A stretch of 64,000 bases of DNA from contig JBBQEI010000001.1 in the NCBI GenBank assembly GCA_038320545.1, forward strand, positions 4,213 through 68,212, written 5' to 3'. Shown here piece after piece: positions 7,250 through 16,479 of this stretch (position 1 is the first letter of the stretch; each line of letters opens with the position of its first letter). The notes beneath the pieces are model-generated. The model saw only the letters and a list, made by a program, of their open reading frames with translations, was not told where the DNA came from and did not search any database. The translations under genes and the position numbers were made by a program. This stretch comes from Bacteroidales bacterium. GTDB lineage: Bacteria; Bacteroidota; Bacteroidia; Bacteroidales; JAAUTT01.

Positions 7250-9406
7250 TTATCTTATTAATTGCAATTCGTTAATTATGTGACTAGCACCTGAAACTTT
7301 ATCGAGTACAAAAAGTAAATAGCGGCTATCGAGCACAATATTACGACAAAGCGATGGATCGTAATAAACATCGCTCATGGTTCCTTCCCAGCCTCTGTCG
7401 AAATTTAAGCCAATCAGTTCACCATTGGCATTAAAAACGGGGCTTCCTGAGTTTCCACCCGAAGTATGGTTGCTGGCAATGAAACATACCCTTAATTGGC
7501 CGGTTGAATCAGCATATTGTCCATAATCTTTTTTCTTCCATAATTCCAATAATTTGGGTGAAACAATATAATCGCTAATTAAAGAATCCTGTTTTTCGAT
7601 AATGCCATCGATAGTAGAATAATATTGATATTTAACTGCATCGGCAGGTGAATATCCTTTTACCTGTCCATACGATACACGTAATGTTTGATTGGCATCA
7701 GGAAACAAAATTCTGTCGCTGTTGAATTCCTCCAGGCCTCTCATATAAACCCTGTACAAACTGTCAATACTGATTAACGACTTGTTGTATGGGTCGGCCA
7801 CTTTGGTAATTAGCACTCCGTAAAAACCAAGAAAAGCCTCTATCGCTGGATCGCTTAATAATTTCTTCCGCGATTTTTTATTCCATTTATCAGCAAATGC
7901 ATTGAATTTATTGGGCGAGACTAATACCGAATTCGAAAAAAGATCGTTAGCCCAAAGGTTAAAATCGCCTTTAAATTTTTTGTCAATATCAGTATAGATG
8001 GAAGGATAAAATTCAGGACTTATTTTCTTTTTATATAGCTGCATCATGCTGATAAAAGTCTTTTTGTCGATAACAGCAGAATAGTTTTTGTAATATCCGT
8101 CAAGGGTTTTAATATATTTTTTCAGCTCGGCCTGCAAGGCAGCATCGTCGAGCGAAGAATTCTTGTTTAAAAAAGTATACAAGCGCGATGCCTGCGTAAT
8201 TATTTCGGTGGCAAGGACTGATTCACTATAGTAATCGACAATCGTGGCGAATTTCTCAAAGTTATTGTAATTGCTGTTGAATTGATCAAATAGTTTTTCA
8301 TATTTTACTTTTCTGGTCTCGTCCTGCAAAACCCATGTATGGAATTTTTGTTCCAGTTCTTTTTTCTTCGAAACGGCATCCACAGCTTTCAAACCTTTGA
8401 TCATCCCTTCCCATTTTTTCCACGAATTGCTCACTCCGGCGTATTTAGCTGCATACTGAATACGGGTAAGTGGATCGGCATCCATTTCCTCCTTCATAAT
8501 ATTTAAACGCACCCTTCTCAATTCAACTTTTTGAGGCAACTGAAGGTCGACCATCAGGTTAACTTCACGGGCAGTGAGATATTGATCGGTAACTGCAGGA
8601 TATCCATAAACAAGTGTAAAATCATTTTCGGCAACTCCTTTAATGGAAACAGGAACAAATTTTTTTGGTGTATAGGGTATGTTGTCAACGGAATATGGTG
8701 CCGGACGATTATTTTTATCAGCATATATTCTGAAAACTGAAAAATCGCCAGTATGCCTTGGCCAAACCCAATTATCGGTATCTCCGCCAAACTTGCCTAT
8801 ATTGGAGGGAGGAGCTGCTACTAGTCTAACATCAGTATAAACTTCATAATCATAAATGAAATACTGATTTTCGTTGTACAAAGGTTTAACAACAAACTTA
8901 TTGGTACTTTTTTTAGAAGATGCGGTAATAAGATTATCAATATTTTCCTGAATTTTTGATTTTCGATCTATCTCATTGATATTGTCAGTTATTCCATTTA
9001 AAATCAGATTCGTTACATCCTCCATTTTAACCAGAAAAGAAACAGTTACAGCAGGATTTGGCAATTCTTCTTCGCGCGTATTTGCTACAAAACCATTTAC
9101 AAGATAGTTATGTTCCAGGGTACTATGACTTTGAATTGCTCCAAAACCACAATGGTGATTGGTAAATAAAAGACCGGTATTAGACACAACTACACCTGAG
9201 CATCCCCTGTCGAACAATACAACCGCATCTTTCAGACTGGAATTATTAACACTGTAAATGTCCTCAATACTTAATTTACACCCAAGTTCAAGCATTCGGT
9301 CGTAACGGGTTTTATCCAATAGCATAGGAATCCACATACCATCATCAGCATGGGTTGGTAGTAATAAAAAGATACTCAATACGGCCAGCAACAATTTTTT
9401 CATCAT
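7250..9406 (-). CDS. S46 family peptidase (dipeptidyl-peptidase 7/11-like)
   Basis: Signal peptide followed by DDGMWIP. Motifs TNHHCG, GGDTDNWVWPRHTGDFSVFRIY and catalytic-Ser block GGNSGSPVFNANGELIGLNFD. ~718 aa is typical of DPP7/DPP11. Confidence 0.85.
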   Translation of the reverse strand: MMKKLLLAVLSIFLLLPTHADDGMWIPMLLDKTRYDRMLELGCKLSIEDIYSVNNSSLKDAVVLFDRGCSGVVVSNTGLLFTNHHCGFGAIQSHSTLEHNYLVNGFVANTREEELPNPAVTVSFLVKMEDVTNLILNGITDNINEIDRKSKIQENIDNLITASSKKSTNKFVVKPLYNENQYFIYDYEVYTDVRLVAAPPSNIGKFGGDTDNWVWPRHTGDFSVFRIYADKNNRPAPYSVDNIPYTPKKFVPVSIKGVAENDFTLVYGYPAVTDQYLTAREVNLMVDLQLPQKVELRRVRLNIMKEEMDADPLTRIQYAAKYAGVSNSWKKWEGMIKGLKAVDAVSKKKELEQKFHTWVLQDETRKVKYEKLFDQFNSNYNNFEKFATIVDYYSESVLATEIITQASRLYTFLNKNSSLDDAALQAELKKYIKTLDGYYKNYSAVIDKKTFISMMQLYKKKISPEFYPSIYTDIDKKFKGDFNLWANDLFSNSVLVSPNKFNAFADKWNKKSRKKLLSDPAIEAFLGFYGVLITKVADPYNKSLISIDSLYRVYMRGLEEFNSDRILFPDANQTLRVSYGQVKGYSPADAVKYQYYSTIDGIIEKQDSLISDYIVSPKLLELWKKKDYGQYADSTGQLRVCFIASNHTSGGNSGSPVFNANGELIGLNFDRGWEGTMSDVYYDPSLCRNIVLDSRYLLFVLDKVSGASHIINELQLIR

Positions 9407-10002
9407 GATTGTATTTTAATAAGTTTTGCTATTTCCTGATATACTTTATGAATAGGCAGACCCATTACATTAAAATAAGACCCTTCAATTTTATCAATCC
9501 CTATGTAACCGATCCATTCCTGGACCCCATATGAACCAGCTTTATCGTATGGTTTAAAATGATCCAGGTAAAAGTCTATTTCTGCGTTCGATAATTCTTT
9601 AAAATAAACCCGGGCAGTATCGTAAAAAGTTACCTGATTATTATAGGTAGTAAGGCAAACACCGGTAAAAACCTCGTGCATATTGCCCGACAATTTCTTT
9701 AGCATTTCAAATGCTTGCGCCCGGTTATCAGGTTTTCCGATTACTTCTCCATTTAACCATACAATGGTGTCGGCAGTTAGTAATATTTCCCCGGCTATTT
9801 GAGGTTTTAAAAATGCTTTTGATTTTTCAGCAGCAAGGTAAACAGGTATTTCATGTGCACGAAGGTGCAAAGGGAAATCTTCGTGCTCGTGAAGAGGTTC
9901 TACCATTTCGACCTTTATACCTAATTCTTTCAGCAAAACCCTTCTTCGTGGAGATTTGGAAGCCAGTAATATTTTAATATTTTTGAATAAAGGGTATTCC
10001 AT
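9403..10002 (-). CDS. maf: Maf-like nucleoside triphosphate pyrophosphatase (septum formation protein)
   Basis: ILLASKSPRRRVLLKELGI...DTIV...GKP...SGxxHxVxTGV...DKAGSYGVQE is the Maf signature. I place the start at the internal ATG 10002..10000 (MEYPLF), which overlaps the upstream stop (TAATG). The track ORF extends to 10092. Confidence 0.8.
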   Translation of the reverse strand: MEYPLFKNIKILLASKSPRRRVLLKELGIKVEMVEPLHEHEDFPLHLRAHEIPVYLAAEKSKAFLKPQIAGEILLTADTIVWLNGEVIGKPDNRAQAFEMLKKLSGNMHEVFTGVCLTTYNNQVTFYDTARVYFKELSNAEIDFYLDHFKPYDKAGSYGVQEWIGYIGIDKIEGSYFNVMGLPIHKVYQEIAKLIKIQS

Positions 10003-10973
10003 TAACTTTCGAATGTTTTTTGAATAATATACCAAACTATTGGAGCATATAAAACCCCTGCAAGCATGATCAGTTTCAATAAATCGCCGCAAAATTTATA
10101 ATCTGCAACAGTTTTACTCTTCACCAGTTGAAATATTTCGTAACCCAGCGGAATTAACAAAAATGCTGTAAAATATGATAAAGTGATAAAATCAGGTTTG
10201 CCAGACGAAGAAAAATAAAATACAAAAATTAGAACAATTCCAAGAAATACCATCGAAAGAAGTGAAATTGTAATGCCTTTGGCCCATTTTAAACCCCAAA
10301 CAATCGGTACTGTATCTCTTCCGGCGAATTTGTCACCTTCAAAATCTTCCATATCTTTTATGATTTCCCGAGCTAGTCCGGATAAAAATGCGAATATTGC
10401 AAATCCAAAAATCCAACCCGAAATAACACCTGTATTTATTGCTCCTGAAATAATGTAGTTTCTATAATGGTTTATTACAGGCGGCATTTCAAACAAATAA
10501 ACAGCAACAGGAACCAGTGCCGTAGCAATAGAAACAATGATATTGCCAGTTAAAAGCTGCTTTTTATAAGTTGTGGTGTAATAATACAGTAACCCAATCA
10601 TTACCGGAAAGCAAAAAAATAACAGCCATATCCCCGATTTATATGCAGCATATGCCGCAAGTATAAGAGCAACTAAATTAAGAATACGGTAAATCAATAA
10701 TACCCGTTGAGCAGGAATTTTATTCCCAACAACTACATCGTCTGCTTTACGATTGATTAAATCGAGATTCCTGTCGTAATAATCGTTAATAGCATAACCC
10801 GACGCAGCCAATAACATTGTTGCAACAACATATGCCAGAAATGCAGAAAACTCCAGTTGAAGGTTCATTTCGTATACCGAAAGTATTGGAGCAATGATGG
10901 CATAACGCATGAGAATTAACGTTAAGCCTGCCATCAGAACATTAGGCAACCGGAATAATTTAATATACGACAT
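10002..10973 (-). CDS. UbiA-family prenyltransferase (polytopic membrane protein)
   Basis: Aspartate-rich motif NDYYDRNLD plus a second motif DMEDFEGD. About 8-9 hydrophobic spans. ATG at 10973..10971 overlaps the upstream TGA by 1 nt. Confidence 0.8.
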   Translation of the reverse strand: MSYIKLFRLPNVLMAGLTLILMRYAIIAPILSVYEMNLQLEFSAFLAYVVATMLLAASGYAINDYYDRNLDLINRKADDVVVGNKIPAQRVLLIYRILNLVALILAAYAAYKSGIWLLFFCFPVMIGLLYYYTTTYKKQLLTGNIIVSIATALVPVAVYLFEMPPVINHYRNYIISGAINTGVISGWIFGFAIFAFLSGLAREIIKDMEDFEGDKFAGRDTVPIVWGLKWAKGITISLLSMVFLGIVLIFVFYFSSSGKPDFITLSYFTAFLLIPLGYEIFQLVKSKTVADYKFCGDLLKLIMLAGVLYAPIVWYIIQKTFES

Positions 10974-12268
10974 CAACCGGAGATTATTTTAGTGTCCAAC
11001 CAAGATTGATTCACTTTCAAAACCTGTTCAATTACATCGCGTACACATCCTTTTCCGGCTTTACGCGGAGATATATACATTGAAACTGCCTTCACTTCTT
11101 CAACAGCATCGGCAGGACAAGAGGAAATGCCGGCCACACTGAGTATTTCCAAATCCGGGATGTCATCTCCCATATATAATACATCGCTTGCTGAAAGATT
11201 ATAACGATTGAGAAATTCATTAAAGTCATCCATTTTATAATGCGACTTGAGATAAACATCAGTAACGCCTAAACTTTCGAACCGTATTTTAAGCGCCTGT
11301 GAGTTTCCTCCAGTGATAATTGCAATGGGATATCCACGTTTAATTGCCAATTGAACGGCATATCCATCTTTGATGTTCATAGTGCGCAATAGTTCACCTG
11401 AAGAATCCAAAATTACCTGTTCCGAAAAAACACCATCTACATCAAATGCAAAAGCTTTGATATTTTTAAGCTTATCTTTAAAATGCTCCATTTCTTTTTC
11501 TTTTTCCTTTTCCATGATGCTATCGCTCACAAAAGTATATATTTTTTGCCACAATGGCTTATGGGTAAGTATTTCCTTATGTTGATCAAGTATATTATAA
11601 TTGAACCGGACAGCAGGTCCTGTTTGTACATTTACAGGATTTCCGGATTGTATAGCTTTGTTTGTAGTTTCAAGCATTAAATGATTTAAAATGCCAAAAG
11701 GAATATTTGCATCGGCCAAAATTTCCCTGGAAATAGCAAACATGTGATTGGTAAAATTATTCGAAAAAATAGCTGCAAGGTGAAGTTTTATGCGTTGTTC
11801 CGAGTTCAGGACATTAACATTACCTGAGATTCTTTCAGTGAATTCCTTTAATAACATTGTGTTTTCGTCATTATTAGCTTCAATGAAAACCGGAATACTT
11901 GAGAAATCAATATCAACATCTTTCGAGAAAGTTTGAAAAGGGTAAATAACTCCGCGATTTAAATGTGGTTTTAGGATATCGATTGACGTACTTCCAGATG
12001 TGTGAACCACCATTGAAGTAGGTGTATTTAAAGACTTGGATACATCATCAATGGATGAATCGCTGGTACAGATTACTATTAAATCGGCAGGAGCTAATTC
12101 TAAAGGATTTGAAATGGCACTAGCACCGATTTTGTTTGCAAGTATTGACGCATTTTGAATACTCCTGCTGCAAATTTGCCGGATTTCTATTTTATACCTT
12201 TGAAATGCACTCGCTAAATGAGTTGCAAGATTACCTGAGCCAATTATTGAAACCGATGAAATAGCCAT
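10973..12268 (-). CDS. fusion protein: N-terminal Rossmann-like DUF2520-type domain plus C-terminal KdsC-type HAD phosphatase (KDO 8-phosphate phosphatase)
   Basis: N-terminus IIGSGNLATHLASAF is a dinucleotide-binding fold. The C-terminal 170 aa (FAFDVDGV...GGNS...YMGDDIPDLE...AD...GKGCVRDVIE) carry the HAD-IIIA/KdsC motifs. A single uninterrupted 431-aa ORF with an EKEKEKE linker at aa ~250-262. Confidence 0.7.
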   Translation of the reverse strand: MAISSVSIIGSGNLATHLASAFQRYKIEIRQICSRSIQNASILANKIGASAISNPLELAPADLIVICTSDSSIDDVSKSLNTPTSMVVHTSGSTSIDILKPHLNRGVIYPFQTFSKDVDIDFSSIPVFIEANNDENTMLLKEFTERISGNVNVLNSEQRIKLHLAAIFSNNFTNHMFAISREILADANIPFGILNHLMLETTNKAIQSGNPVNVQTGPAVRFNYNILDQHKEILTHKPLWQKIYTFVSDSIMEKEKEKEMEHFKDKLKNIKAFAFDVDGVFSEQVILDSSGELLRTMNIKDGYAVQLAIKRGYPIAIITGGNSQALKIRFESLGVTDVYLKSHYKMDDFNEFLNRYNLSASDVLYMGDDIPDLEILSVAGISSCPADAVEEVKAVSMYISPRKAGKGCVRDVIEQVLKVNQSWLDTKIISG

Positions 12269-12316
12269 TTTATCATTTTGGCTAAAGGTAACAATGGAGA
12301 AAGAATTATTTAATGA

Positions 12317-12772
12317 CTAATTTCTTTTTTTTACAAGTTCGTCACATTTCTCATAATTCTCCTGTTCCTGGTAATATTCGAGGAGGTTAATGTAAAATAT
12401 CTCATCGTGGTAATAGGGATGTGATGGACAAAAATCAATTTTGGAATCTACGGTTAGTTGAAAGCATTCATCTCTCGTTAAATTGTTATATTCAATTTCA
12501 TTAACAGGGGCAAGTTCGCCAACTTGTTCCCAAACATGCTTGTATTTATAAATGAAATTAATGATAGATAATTGCAGGTTGATAAAATCGTTGTTTTCTG
12601 ATAAAACTTTTTTACTGTAATCGTATTTTTCTGTGAGCACTCTTGCGCGTGAAACTGAAACTGGTTCTTGAATCATTTCTTTAATTTCACGTTCGTTCTC
12701 GCGGACCAACTCAAGATTTTTCATAACATGAAACCGAAGTTGCTCAATGGTGTTTTGAAGAATTTCTTTCAT
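12317..12772 (-). CDS. hypothetical protein, paralog A (151 aa)
   Basis: Roughly 40% identical by eye to the 148-aa ORF at 13095..13541. Shared blocks ENNDFINxQL, DECFxxTV and HPYYxDxxFxxxLLxYYQxxExYExCxxLV. No signal peptide or TM segment. Confidence 0.65.
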   Translation of the reverse strand: MKEILQNTIEQLRFHVMKNLELVRENEREIKEMIQEPVSVSRARVLTEKYDYSKKVLSENNDFINLQLSIINFIYKYKHVWEQVGELAPVNEIEYNNLTRDECFQLTVDSKIDFCPSHPYYHDEIFYINLLEYYQEQENYEKCDELVKKRN

Positions 12773-13094
12773 AGCTATAAAATTTTTTTAGTTAATGTTA
12801 ATTTCAGCTTTAACAACAGTTAATAAAACATGTAAAAGAAAAAATAAGCTATAACAATAAAAAGTGTATTTATCAACTAGTTATCAACATATAATTTACA
12901 AGCCGGATTTTATAAGGTTTAAGTAAAAAAAACAATTGTTAATAACTTTAAGGTTAAGCTACAATTAATGGAAAAAATGGAAGAATAAGCTAATCTGTTT
13001 TGATCCTTTTTGTTTTCAGGAATATAATAAAACAGAAAAGGGATGCAATCACTGCGTCCCTTAACTAATTTTTAACCCAAAACGTATGTATTAC

Positions 13095-13541
13095 TTACTG
13101 CTGCTTTTTAGTGTTCACCAACTGGGAGCATCTTTCATAATCTTCCAGGTGCTGATAATAATCGAGTAAACGGTTGAAAAATTCTACATCCGAATAATAA
13201 GGATGCGTGGGATCATAAAATAATGAACCATTTACTGTGTGTTCAAAACATTCATCCGAATTTTTAAAATATGGAATAAGGTTCCCTTCTGCAAGAAAGA
13301 CAGTATCCTCATACTTGTCAAGAAAATTGGTTAATGTTAATTGAACATTAATGAAATCGTTATTCTCTGTTAATAAGAGTTTGTTGACGGAATATTTTTT
13401 TTCCAACTCCTCAGTTCTCTGAATTGACACCTGCTGCTTTAACAACTCCCGAATCTCCTTTTGGTTATTCTGGATTTGCGTTAGGTTTTGCTTAACCTTT
13501 TCGCGTAACATGTCGATTGTTTTTCTAATCATTATTTTCAT
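13095..13541 (-). CDS. hypothetical protein, paralog B (148 aa)
   Basis: Paralog of 12317..12772 (see above). Predicted helical or coiled N-terminal half and a conserved Cys/His/Tyr-containing C-terminal block. Confidence 0.65.
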   Translation of the reverse strand: MKIMIRKTIDMLREKVKQNLTQIQNNQKEIRELLKQQVSIQRTEELEKKYSVNKLLLTENNDFINVQLTLTNFLDKYEDTVFLAEGNLIPYFKNSDECFEHTVNGSLFYDPTHPYYSDVEFFNRLLDYYQHLEDYERCSQLVNTKKQQ

Positions 13542-13600
13542 AAAACATCAACTAACTTTTTCACTTTTGTTTCTGAATGGGTTTACGCAAAAACTTCAAT

Positions 13601-13630
13601 TATGTTAGATGACATTTATCATCTAACATA
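13601..13630. promoter_or_regulatory. perfect 12-6-12 palindrome (candidate operator or 5'-leader hairpin) upstream of paralog B
   Basis: tatgttagatga cattta tcatctaacata. The arms are exact reverse complements. It lies 60-90 nt upstream of the start codon at 13541. Confidence 0.4.
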
Positions 13631-14192
13631 ATCGGTTAAACCTATTAAGAATACTGATAATTAGATCCTTCTCACGGTTCATCTAAAGTGGATTCAAAAA
13701 AAATATTAATGACCAACGTGAATATAATGCTGACTTATCATATTATTATGTTGACAAACGTAAGAGAGGTTTATTGTAGATTAAAGTCTGAAGGAAGTGA
13801 TATGATATAATTACTTGAAATATAATTATATATATGGTTATTACTAATAAATATGCTTTGATAATAAAGCAATTCAAGACTAATAGCCAGGATTTTATAG
13901 AAATATTTTATCCACTAAATATTTTTGATTGCTTACTATCCTGCTATTTTAATAATTCTTAATACTACGGTATAGGTCGATCTTTTTCATTATACTGATG
14001 TTGCTTTCCCCTTATAAAATCCGGCACTTTTTTCTATGCCGGCATCTTTTCTGGCAGGTTACCCTGGATCAAAAATCAATAAAGAACCTGAAGCAGCCAT
14101 TAAATATGATGATGAAAAAGTAAGGACACATTTAGAAGTGGGGCACTTTAAAACATATTTTGAATTTTTAAGATAATAAGCATTTTTTAAAC

Positions 14193-15107
14193 TTATCTTC
14201 CCTGCACATAACCTTTCTGTTTACTTCCAAATGGCACTGTGAGACCAAGCCAGGGAATAGCCACAAGAGTGTTCATATCCGTTCCTGCAGGTATTATTAA
14301 TCCATAATCTATTGCCAGGTGATTGCTTGCAAATCGTCCTCCCACCCAAATCATGGCCAAAATATCTTCATCAATAAAGAAAAAATAATTTTCAGTAAGC
14401 AAATAGTGTTTTTTACCTGTACGAACAGTACCTCCCAATGAAATAACGGGCGTTTGTCCCCAATCATTATCTATAAATCCATAACCTGCCCCTATGGTGA
14501 AATTTTTATCCATAGAACCAAAAGTTGATACTCCGTATGCCAATCCTAAAATTGGGACATCACCGCTATTTTCACCCAGGTATGTTCCTACAATAGCTCC
14601 AACACCAATATTCCATTTATCTTTTTTTACAGGAAATGATAACTTTGGAGTGATCCAAACCGGCACTCCATTTGCCCCGAAAAGAAAAGTTGGAATGAGT
14701 CCTGCACCCATACTGAAATTATCAGTTAAACCATAGCTTACCTGATTAAAAAGAACCCAGGTATTTTGGTAATAACCTTCCCCTTTTTTTAAACCATAGC
14801 CATTTGGAAGATAAAAATACCGGGTTGCATGTGGATTTTCCGGCCACAATTCTCCCTTAACAATGTTTTTTGTGGTTAAAGGTTTTATTTCTTTAATATT
14901 TTTGAATGATATGTTCAATACTCCCAGGTTATCTGTTTTTAAAACAACCATTTTTTCATCTTTGGAGAGTATTTTACCAATAAAAACATTTCCATCTACA
15001 GTTTCAACCTGGTAATAGGTAAGCGAATCATTAGTTTCCTGTGCTTTAGAAACGTGAGGCATTAAAAACAATAATAGTATTGCTAAAAATGGGATCAGTG
15101 TTTTCAT
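14193..15107 (-). CDS. hypothetical secreted or outer-membrane protein
   Basis: Signal peptide MKTLIPFLAILLLFLMPHVSKAQE. G/Y/W-rich C-terminal two-thirds suggests a beta-barrel. No family recognised. Confidence 0.5.
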   Translation of the reverse strand: MKTLIPFLAILLLFLMPHVSKAQETNDSLTYYQVETVDGNVFIGKILSKDEKMVVLKTDNLGVLNISFKNIKEIKPLTTKNIVKGELWPENPHATRYFYLPNGYGLKKGEGYYQNTWVLFNQVSYGLTDNFSMGAGLIPTFLFGANGVPVWITPKLSFPVKKDKWNIGVGAIVGTYLGENSGDVPILGLAYGVSTFGSMDKNFTIGAGYGFIDNDWGQTPVISLGGTVRTGKKHYLLTENYFFFIDEDILAMIWVGGRFASNHLAIDYGLIIPAGTDMNTLVAIPWLGLTVPFGSKQKGYVQGR

Positions 15108-15284
15108 ATGGTTATTATTTACTTAAAATTAAAATATATGTAAAAATACAAATATCTTAAATGTTCATGCCATGAAAATACTGATACAATTAAAAGTAGC
15201 AAAGAAATCACTAAGCATTAAAAGTTGAATAGGTTAATTTCGTTTTTAATACTTAGCGGTTTGATATTGTTTGCTCCGGATTTA

Positions 15285-16259
15285 TTAATTATATAACGAT
15301 AATTTTGTAAGGTTCTTTTTCTTAGGAAATTTGAACTGCAATAATTCCTGTTCTCCAACTAATCCTGATTTTTTGGCCGGAACACTAAATTCCATAACAG
15401 TTTCTCCTTCTCTTGGGCCATCACCATCAATATAGGAATGTGCAGCTTCTATACTTCCATAATAAGGGTTTTTCCCGGTAATTGGAGTAATCAGGTTACC
15501 ATTTAAACGAGCGGTTACAACAAAATTTGTAGCTTCCGTCACTTCGCAACTTCTAAATAATGATATTCTGACTATATATTTTCCATTTTCGACGGTTGCT
15601 GTTCCACTATAGGTAATATTCTCACTGTTAATGTAATCGAGAATACATATCGGATTCGAATCAACGTCCAAAACTCCTCCACTGGCTACTATATCGGTTC
15701 TCCAGCAAATTTCGTCCAAGTTTGGTTCTACCAGGTGCAAATCCAAATCGTTAGGCTTATCCCAACTGCAACTAACCTGCAATTTTCCAGTACCAGCTAC
15801 AATCCTTGAAACATTTACAGTTTCCCTTTCACTTATCATACCTTCATTGTCGATAATGGCAATCAGAATGGAAAAATCATCCTCTTCAAAGTCCTGACTG
15901 AATAATAAATAAACAATGTTGGCGATAGAAGCAGCTTTTTTATTACCTGCAGCAACTTTGTAATATCCATTTTTCCCTTCTACACCAACAAGGATGTTTT
16001 TCACAAATCCACTTGTATTAATGGTAATAGGATTACTGCCTCCTTCAAGGATTGAAGAATTTCCAAATACTGAATTTACAACAGGAGCATTGGCGCTTGA
16101 TGCTGCCGGAAATTGCCCATCTATGAATGTTGCATTTTCAATTGAAAAGTAACGTTCCAACGAATTTCCTTCCTTCCTCTCTTTATCCTTTTTGCATGAA
16201 CCTATGCACATTAAGATACAGAATGATGCAAACATTAAAAATTTCTTGGTTATTTTCAT
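15285..16259 (-). CDS. lipoprotein with C-terminal DUF2135/YfaP-like domain
   Basis: Lipobox-like MCIGSCKKD. The C-terminal block WDKPNDLDLHLVEPNLDEICWRTDIVASGGVLDVDSN...ENGKYIVRISLF resembles the DLDLHV..P.GE...Y....T..GG.L..D motif of DUF2135. Confidence 0.5.
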   Translation of the reverse strand: MKITKKFLMFASFCILMCIGSCKKDKERKEGNSLERYFSIENATFIDGQFPAASSANAPVVNSVFGNSSILEGGSNPITINTSGFVKNILVGVEGKNGYYKVAAGNKKAASIANIVYLLFSQDFEEDDFSILIAIIDNEGMISERETVNVSRIVAGTGKLQVSCSWDKPNDLDLHLVEPNLDEICWRTDIVASGGVLDVDSNPICILDYINSENITYSGTATVENGKYIVRISLFRSCEVTEATNFVVTARLNGNLITPITGKNPYYGSIEAAHSYIDGDGPREGETVMEFSVPAKKSGLVGEQELLQFKFPKKKNLTKLSLYN

Positions 16260-16479
16260 TTTTTGATATGTTAGTGTAATTATAGATTTTATAAAATTAT
16301 TTTTATTGGCGAGGATTTCTATCCCTCTTTTCGTGGATTTTTTAGAAGGTTTAAATATTTTTTAATACGATTTTCATATATTTTAGTGTGAAAAAATCAT
16401 GTGATTTGTTTTATAGATATATCCGAAGGGACTTATTATCATTTTCTTAAGTCCCTAATGGAAATTATTATAAATCCGA

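Noticed and set aside
14036-14176. 46-aa ORF MPASFLAGYPGSKINKEPEAAIKYDDEKVRTHLEVGHFKTYFEFLR, vaguely like the C-terminus of nitroreductase-family proteins
   Set aside because: The similarity is too weak to judge by eye, an in-frame stop lies immediately upstream, and there is no supporting context. It could be a gene remnant, but I cannot support calling it.
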